Shown in pieces: positions 57,838 through 63,792 of a DNA stretch of 63,792 nt. Source of the stretch: Chloroflexota bacterium. GTDB taxonomy: Bacteria > Chloroflexota > Anaerolineae > Anaerolineales > Villigracilaceae. Made by a program: the position numbers and the translations under genes. The DNA lies in contig JBDTPH010000264.1 of assembly GCA_039932795.1 (NCBI GenBank), forward strand, positions 1 to 63,792, read 5' to 3'. The notes under the pieces are model-generated. The model did no database searches, was not told where the DNA came from, and saw nothing but the letters and a program-made list of their open reading frames with translations. The stretch's first letter is position 1. Each line of letters begins with the position of its first letter.

Positions 57838-58173
57838 ATGAATAAAGATGATGCCGTCCATTTGCGTCGTATGCTAGATGCCATCGAACAACTTGAGCGC
57901 TATACGCGCGGAATGTCTGAAAGTGAGTTCAGTTCCCGCCCGATGGTACAGGATGCGGTCGCTCGCCAGATTGACATCGTCAGTGAAGCCGCAAAACATG
58001 TTTCCATCGAATTTCAGGATCAGCACCCAAAGCTTCCCTGGGCAAAGACAATCAGTATTCACAATAAGATTGTTGGCGACGATTACAAACTGAATCTCGC
58101 CGTTGTCTGGAATACTGTGCAGGATGATCTCCCACTTATCAAACACACGATCAGAAAGCTCCTTTTAGCATGA
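57838..58173 (+). CDS. DUF86/HepT-like HEPN protein with degenerate RX4H motif
   Basis: DAV.RQI..VSEA, LPW, VWNTVQDDLP; HNKIVG in place of RNxxxH. Confidence 0.75.
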   Translation: MNKDDAVHLRRMLDAIEQLERYTRGMSESEFSSRPMVQDAVARQIDIVSEAAKHVSIEFQDQHPKLPWAKTISIHNKIVGDDYKLNLAVVWNTVQDDLPLIKHTIRKLLLA

Positions 58174-58502
58174 ATAAAACTCCCAACTTTCAACTGTTAG
58201 AAACTGACATCCCGGCCAATAACGCAACCTGGAGTAAGATCCTGCCCTTCGCGGAATCGTTCGACGGTGTCGAACAATGGGGCACCTTCGAAAAGTGCCG
58301 CGAGATCGCGAAACAGGGTATCGCCCTATTTCGAAGCAACCAGCAACTTTCGCAGTCGCTGACAGATTTGCGCACCTGCCTGTACTACGAAGGCAGACGC
58401 TGGAATCACCTGAAAAAAACTCCGAACAAAAGAGGCATGGAGTACATCCGCGCGCTTATCGAAGCGATCCGTGTCCGCGTCCTCGCGCGACAGCTCAGCT
58501 AA
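58170..58502 (+). CDS. hypothetical protein
   Basis: ATGA overlap with the upstream gene; 110 aa. Confidence 0.7.
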   Translation: MNKTPNFQLLETDIPANNATWSKILPFAESFDGVEQWGTFEKCREIAKQGIALFRSNQQLSQSLTDLRTCLYYEGRRWNHLKKTPNKRGMEYIRALIEAIRVRVLARQLS

Positions 58503-58532
58503 CGGATAATCGAGTTCCTTGGGCAGCGCTCC

Positions 58533-59339
58533 ATGAAAACCGTTTACCAGGCCATCTCAGAGATCCAAAATAATAACGGCTCTGCTGCATTATGCACAGT
58601 GGTCAGGAGTGAAGGCTCCACCCCCCGGCATGTGGGCAGCAAGATGCTCGTCTACCCGGATGGGAAATTTATCGGAACCGTCGGCGGCGGGGACCTGGAA
58701 CACCGCGTGCTTGATGAAGCATGGATGGCACTCGGTGACGGCGAGTCGCGTTTACTTTCCTATACCATGGCCGATCCATCACGCGGCGACCCCGGCGTCT
58801 GTGGTGGAACCGTGGAGGTGTTTGTGGAACCGATCCTTCCTCCTGCGATGATCGTTGTCATCGGCGGCGGCCATGTTGGCAGGGCCGTTGTCCATCTGGC
58901 AAAATGGCTGGGATTTCGAGTGGCAGTCAACGATGACCGTGCCGAGTTTTGCAATCCCGAGTCGGTGCCCGGGGCGGACGCCTACTATGCGGTTGAGATG
59001 GGGAAACTGCCAGAGCAACTCAAGATCAATCGTCACACCTATTTGATCATCACCAGCCGCGGCTCAAGCGTGGACGCGCTCGGACTGCCGAGTCTGCTGG
59101 ATTCAGACGCGGCATATATCGGCGTGATCGGCTCCAGGCGCAGATGGCTGACAACGGTGAAGGCGTTGAAGGACAAAGGCGTAGCTGAGGAAAAGATTGC
59201 GCGAGTCCACTCGCCCATGGGACTGGAGCTGAACGCCGAGACTCCCGAGGAGATCGCGGTCAGCATCATGGCGGAAATCTTAATGCTCAAGGACAAGGGG
59301 ACGGGCAAGCCAATGAAGCTGAAACAGGCAGAGGCGTAG
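58533..59339 (+). CDS. xdhC: XdhC/CoxI molybdenum-cofactor accessory protein
   Basis: GSTPR, GTVGGG, CGG, YIGVIGS, AETPEEIA. Confidence 0.93.
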   Translation: MKTVYQAISEIQNNNGSAALCTVVRSEGSTPRHVGSKMLVYPDGKFIGTVGGGDLEHRVLDEAWMALGDGESRLLSYTMADPSRGDPGVCGGTVEVFVEPILPPAMIVVIGGGHVGRAVVHLAKWLGFRVAVNDDRAEFCNPESVPGADAYYAVEMGKLPEQLKINRHTYLIITSRGSSVDALGLPSLLDSDAAYIGVIGSRRRWLTTVKALKDKGVAEEKIARVHSPMGLELNAETPEEIAVSIMAEILMLKDKGTGKPMKLKQAEA

Positions 59340-59533
59340 GTAGAAAGAAGCGCTGTCAGTCAGCTGGTAGCGACTGTGTCGGAAAGTGAAACGTAAGGGG
59401 CGAAAATCCGTAGAAGAAATGGCGCTTCGATTGCACTCAGCGCGATGCATGATGAGAGTAAGACAAACGGTTCTTGTGGCACAGTTGCGCATGTACTATA
59501 ATAAATTTGGTATCACTTTCAAAGGAGAATCTC

Positions 59534-60592
59534 ATGGCAAGAATTTTTGACGTCATTGAATACCCGAACGAGATGAAGGATGAGATCGTGCATCGCTTCC
59601 CTGAGACGGGCATTGGTGATTTTCGCATCGGTTCGCAGGTGATCGTACGCGAGTCGCAGGCGGCCGTGTTCTTCCGTGACGGAAACGCGCTGGATGTGTT
59701 TCGGGCTGGGCGTCACACGATCGCGACCGCCAACATCCCATTGCTGATTAATTTCATCGGCAAGGCGTTCAACGACCGGACACCCTTCCCCGCCGAAGTA
59801 TATTTTGTTTCCATGAAGGAATTTGCCAACGAGAAGTGGGGCACGCCACAGCCCATCATTGTCCGCAATCCGGGCATGGGTTTGGGCGTGGCTTTGCTGC
59901 AGGGCTTTGGATCCTATTCCTTCCAGGTGAAGGATCCTCAGCAGTTTGTTACCCAGGTGGTCGGCACACAGGGCGCATACAGGACAACTGACGTCGAAGA
60001 GCGCCTGAAGAACATGCTGCTTTCGAAACTGCAGGATGTGCTGGGCGAGACGACTGCTGCCAATAGTGTCGTTGAGCTGATCGGCCTGACAGAGGAGATC
60101 GGCGCGGCGGTACGTGCAAAGGCGCAGGATGATTTCGAAGCCCTTGGCATGACGCTCAAGTCCTTCTATATTGGAAATCTCAAGCCATCCAGCAAATCTG
60201 CACAGGAATTGCGCGATATGGGCATGCTCGATATGGCGACCTATACCCAGCTGCAGGCCGCGGACGCGATGCGCGATGCCGCACAGAACCCAAGCGGCGG
60301 CGCAGGACTCACGGCTGGCATCGGCGCAGGAATGGGCATCGGCAACCTCATGCAGCAGGCAACATCTGGCGCGATGCAGAACCAGCAAAATCAGCAGTCA
60401 CAGGGCAGTGGCGGAGGCGGGAAAACTGCCGGCATGCCGGATGTGATGACGCCCGCTGAAGCAGCGGCCATTCTGAAGGTGTCTGAAGAGGATGTGATCG
60501 CCGCCATCAATGATAAGAGTCTGAGGGCCAAGAAGATGGGCAACGCCTACCGCATCAGCAAGGCAGCGTTGGAAGAGTTTTTGAATAGCTAG
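59534..60592 (+). CDS. soluble SPFH (YdjI-like) protein with C-terminal excisionase-type HTH
   Basis: GSQVIVRESQAAVF, KWGT; tail MTPAEAAAILKVS...YRISKAALEEF. Confidence 0.85.
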   Translation: MARIFDVIEYPNEMKDEIVHRFPETGIGDFRIGSQVIVRESQAAVFFRDGNALDVFRAGRHTIATANIPLLINFIGKAFNDRTPFPAEVYFVSMKEFANEKWGTPQPIIVRNPGMGLGVALLQGFGSYSFQVKDPQQFVTQVVGTQGAYRTTDVEERLKNMLLSKLQDVLGETTAANSVVELIGLTEEIGAAVRAKAQDDFEALGMTLKSFYIGNLKPSSKSAQELRDMGMLDMATYTQLQAADAMRDAAQNPSGGAGLTAGIGAGMGIGNLMQQATSGAMQNQQNQQSQGSGGGGKTAGMPDVMTPAEAAAILKVSEEDVIAAINDKSLRAKKMGNAYRISKAALEEFLNS

Positions 60593-60609
60593 TTTGAGAA
60601 CATAAGAGA

Positions 60610-60642
60610 AAGAGGAGCCTGAAAATCCAGGCTCCTCTTTTT
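60610..60642 (+). terminator. intrinsic terminator
   Basis: AAGAGGAGCCTG/CAGGCTCCTCTT followed by a T tract. Confidence 0.8.
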
Positions 60643-60657
60643 GATTCAATTTTTATT

Positions 60658-60752
60658 TCGCCCTGAGCGGAGCCGCATGTCCTTTATGCGACGTAGACGA
60701 AGGGTATGTATGCTATATCGATTCGTTCCCACGTTAGACAGCGCTCAGCGCG
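60658..60752. repeat. REP/MITE-like inverted repeat, same family as 42570
   Basis: TCGCCCTGAGCG / CGCTCAGCGCGA; shares CTGAGCGGAG and AGACGAAG with the 42570 copy. Confidence 0.6.
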
Positions 60753-60757
60753 AGAGA

Positions 60758-62374
60758 TCATTCCAAATCACTCAAGACATCTGACACAGAATTCAGAACA
60801 TCGCTCGCGAGAACAGATGCAGTTGTGCCAAGGTCATCGGCCGCGTACAGGCCAGCCTGGGCATGGATCCATGCACCGGCGACCGCGGCTTCGTAGGCAT
60901 CGAGTCCCTGGGCGCGCAGACCAACGATGAGACCGGCCAGCACATCACCTGTACCCGCGCGAGCAAGTGCAGGAGTCGCCACCGGGATGACGGTCGCGCG
61001 TCCATCCGGGGAGGCGATCACAGTAAATGCGCCTTTGAGGACCACGACGTGTCCCCATAACTTTGCATATTGACTGGCGACCTCCTGCCTGCTGTCCTGG
61101 ACTCCATCCTTTGATAATTCTGTCAACAAGGCCATCTCGCCCGGGTGAGGCGTCAGGATCGCAGGCGCAGGAATTTTGGTGTACCAGTCCTTGATCTTCG
61201 CGAGCAGTTTCAACCCATCCGCGTCGATAACCATCGGCGGCATTTTGGACTTGTTCTCTGCGCTCTTTTCAGCCTCCTGGTGCACGAAACCGATACGTTG
61301 TGCATTCTTCTTCGCTGAAAATTTTCCTTCCAAAAGGTTCTCTATAAATTCCTTTGTCGGGTTTTCGGTACCAAAGCCAGGGCCGATCAGCAATGCCGAA
61401 GCTTGCTCGAAATTTTTCGCCAGGACCTCGGCAGCAGCCGAGGAGATCGCGCCCATCTCATGCGGAAGCAGCACCCAGGTGGCCTCCCGAAATTGACCGG
61501 CCAGCACTCCGTGCAGTGCCGCGGGGACTGCCATGCTGACCAGTCCCGCGCCAACACGGTATGCCGCTTCTCCTGCAAGGAGTGCTGCTCCCGTGTAATT
61601 GATGGAGCCCGCCGCGATGAGCGCGGTACCAAACGTCCCTTTGTGTGAAGCGAGCGATCGTTCAGGTAAAAGCGCGGTGACGGAATCTGCATCGGCAACT
61701 TCCGCCTGCACATTCTTCAAGGAAGATAGATCATTGGATAAGCCGATATCCAGCACCTGGAGTTCACCGATGTATTCAAAGGCGGGCAGCTTCAACAATC
61801 CCTGCTTGACAGCCGCCATCGTGACCGTTAGATCCGCGGCGATGGCTTCATCGGCAACCTGACCCGAGTCGCAATCCACACCGGAGGGACAATCCACCGC
61901 GACCACCAGCGGTTGCTCATCCATGCCATCCAGGACATCGTTAACTTCCGCCAGCAGTTCGGCGACGTCCTTCTTCAACGGCAGTTTAATGCCGGTGCCA
62001 AGAACGCCATCGAGCAGAACGTCGGCAGTATCAATGGCTTCCGCCAGCTTTTCAAAAGCATTTTCGCCTGAAAGGACCTCACCGCCCGCTTCCAGGAGGC
62101 GTTTGACAAGATCATCCTTTTTACGTTTGACCAGATAGGCACGCGCCTTCCAGCCTTCCGCTGCGAGCGCAGCCAGCGTGACAAGAGTGTCGCCGCCGTT
62201 GTTGCCGTTACCCACCAACCCTACCACTTCCGATTCAACATCACCTTCAAAGATACCAAGGATCACATCTGTAAGCCCCTGACCTGCATTTTCCATCATC
62301 TGGTCATAGGTTAAGCCATTGGCATCGGCTTCCTTTTCAATTGCCTGCATCTGAGCTACTGTAACAAGTTTCAT
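60758..62374 (-). CDS. nnr: bifunctional NAD(P)H-hydrate epimerase/dehydratase
   Basis: MMENAG, GNNGGD, HKGTFG, DADG, TPHPGEM, AGTGDVL. Confidence 0.93.
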   Translation of the reverse strand: MKLVTVAQMQAIEKEADANGLTYDQMMENAGQGLTDVILGIFEGDVESEVVGLVGNGNNGGDTLVTLAALAAEGWKARAYLVKRKKDDLVKRLLEAGGEVLSGENAFEKLAEAIDTADVLLDGVLGTGIKLPLKKDVAELLAEVNDVLDGMDEQPLVVAVDCPSGVDCDSGQVADEAIAADLTVTMAAVKQGLLKLPAFEYIGELQVLDIGLSNDLSSLKNVQAEVADADSVTALLPERSLASHKGTFGTALIAAGSINYTGAALLAGEAAYRVGAGLVSMAVPAALHGVLAGQFREATWVLLPHEMGAISSAAAEVLAKNFEQASALLIGPGFGTENPTKEFIENLLEGKFSAKKNAQRIGFVHQEAEKSAENKSKMPPMVIDADGLKLLAKIKDWYTKIPAPAILTPHPGEMALLTELSKDGVQDSRQEVASQYAKLWGHVVVLKGAFTVIASPDGRATVIPVATPALARAGTGDVLAGLIVGLRAQGLDAYEAAVAGAWIHAQAGLYAADDLGTTASVLASDVLNSVSDVLSDLE

Positions 62375-62639
62375 AAAAAATTCTCTCCTGTGTTGGCAGG
62401 ATTCTACTGCAAGTCAAGTTAAATCCTGCGTTCCCATCCAAATTTCTAATAAAAATCAAACGGCGAGCGGCCTTCGTCATGATTCTCATTATATTCCGGA
62501 AGGCATGGGTGTATATTCTCACTGAACGCCGCAGGATGTGACTGACTAGGTAGCTTGCAAAGAGAAGACATCTCCCCTTTTATCTCACAATACAGAAGAT
62601 ACAAGCTCACTTTGCCTGCCAAGCCACTGAGTTTGTGCT

Positions 62640-62807
62640 GAGTACCAGGTAGTGCTATGGTGGATTGAGCAGAGTCATATCCCGACGGTGGAGGAAGCCA
62701 AGGAGAAACTGCGCTGTTTGGATGAAAATGGGCCAACAGCTGACGCTTTTACGTTTCAAGTCGCGTTCGATAGCAACAGGACCGCGCTGAAGCACGCCGC
62801 AGACTGA
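62640..62807 (+). pseudogene. 3' remnant of a DUF3291-like gene
   Basis: VLWWIEQSHIPTVEEAKEKL...GPTADAFTF with no N-terminal part. Confidence 0.65.
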
Positions 62808-62838
62808 AAACCAAATACCACGATCGAACCCTTCTCAG

Positions 62839-63768
62839 TTATCCCCATAGATCTTTTGCTACGTCGTCCAATCCCAGCTCGAGCAGCTTTTCACGCGTAG
62901 GTCTTCCGGTCTCAGGGTCCCAGCCACGCACCTGGTAATATCCTATCAACATAGCTTTGATGTTCGGCACAAATCCTGCCGAGCCGCCATCGGGGAAAGG
63001 CTCAAGTAATGCCTTTGGAAGTTTGTCATTGGCTGCAGTCAACCCCATTCTATTGTTGATAGCTCGCTTGATGTTCCAGCCGCGCTCACCACACTTCATC
63101 ATATCTTCGATCGTCCAGTCCAAACCGCAGGCGGCATTGATCAGCTTGACCTGGATTTCAGGCTCGGAGTTCGCAAAGATGCACATCACGATGGAATTAA
63201 AGACTGTCCGCCAGTCCTGATGTCGGGCGACGTTGGCGGCCTTCTCCGCCTGTGCATGACGGTCAAAATAGGTGATGCCCAGACTTTCGTGTGTGTGTCC
63301 CCAATCTACAAAGAAATAATCGGACTGGTTATGACAGGCGCCGCGCGGACTGGTTGCGTACGACAGCGCCATGCCCGAGACCCCGCGCGGATCATGATAC
63401 GCGACCTCCAGCCCATTCACCTGCACCGCATCCTCCTCCGCGCCAAACTGGGCTCCAAAGTGACGCGATCCCTGCGCCAGAACATCACCCATTCCTTCAC
63501 GACGACCAATGAGGTTTACGAGTTGTTCAATTACATCCACATCACCCCAATTCAAGACGATGCCATGGGTGTCTTTTTCTGTGATCACACCCTTCTCAAA
63601 TAAATGAAATGCAAGGCCAATCGTGTTGGCCGTGCTGATCGCATCCATCCCATAGCGATCGCACAACTCACCCAGGTCCACGATCGACTCAAGGCTATCG
63701 TTCAACAGGTTCGGACCGAACCCGATAATCGTTTCATATTCCGGTCCCTTGCGCTTTGCGGCCTCACG
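62839..63768 (-). CDS. aldehyde:ferredoxin oxidoreductase, C-terminal part (5' incomplete)
   Basis: GPEYET, CDRYGMDAIS, HDPR, RGACH, YYQVRGWD. Confidence 0.9.
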   Translation of the reverse strand, partial: REAAKRKGPEYETIIGFGPNLLNDSLESIVDLGELCDRYGMDAISTANTIGLAFHLFEKGVITEKDTHGIVLNWGDVDVIEQLVNLIGRREGMGDVLAQGSRHFGAQFGAEEDAVQVNGLEVAYHDPRGVSGMALSYATSPRGACHNQSDYFFVDWGHTHESLGITYFDRHAQAEKAANVARHQDWRTVFNSIVMCIFANSEPEIQVKLINAACGLDWTIEDMMKCGERGWNIKRAINNRMGLTAANDKLPKALLEPFPDGGSAGFVPNIKAMLIGYYQVRGWDPETGRPTREKLLELGLDDVAKDLWG

Positions 63769-63792
63769 CTAGCGACGAGCTGTGGGCTCGAT

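Noticed and set aside
62446-62736. 96-aa minus-strand ORF or possible tmRNA-like region
   Set aside because: No tRNA-like ends; partly explained by the DUF3291-like remnant on the plus strand
63769-63792. In-frame TAG truncating the AOR gene at the window end
   Set aside because: The last ~25 nt do not resemble AOR; a contig-end artefact is as likely as real pseudogenisation and cannot be resolved without reads
1-63792. CRISPR array, rRNA, prophage or intact IS
   Set aside because: No regularly spaced repeats, rRNA signatures, phage genes or transposase motifs were found

Overview
Bacterial chromosomal segment, most likely Chloroflexota/Anaerolineales (inferred from FPETGH-repeat exported proteins, STAND cyclase and Ser/Thr kinase types, and many leaderless genes). 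It carries about 55 CDS, tRNA-fMet (partial) and tRNA-Ser(CGA), mostly housekeeping and accessory genes (nadE plus a separate glutaminase, rnd, wecC/wecB, selD, rarA, uup-like ABC-F, ppaC, xdhC, nnr, Mo-hydroxylase subunits, partial AOR). No CRISPR array, rRNA or intact IS was seen. Most notable: (1) an AT-rich two-gene restriction-modification-like module whose methyltransferase is fused to a copy of the neighbouring PD-(D/E)XK nuclease with both catalytic acids changed to Ala; (2) an attenuator-preceded operon of a PLP aminotransferase and a glutamate-cysteine-ligase-like/M20-peptidase fusion, suggesting a protect/deprotect pathway; (3) a STAND cyclase followed by a membrane-protein gene bracketed by diverged copies of the STAND 3' end; (4) a selenocysteine-containing SelD missed by the ORF track; (5) heptamer repeats and a REP inserted in frame within genes, nested REP/MITE elements, and several pseudogenes. 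All functional calls come from motif recognition by eye; no database searches were run.
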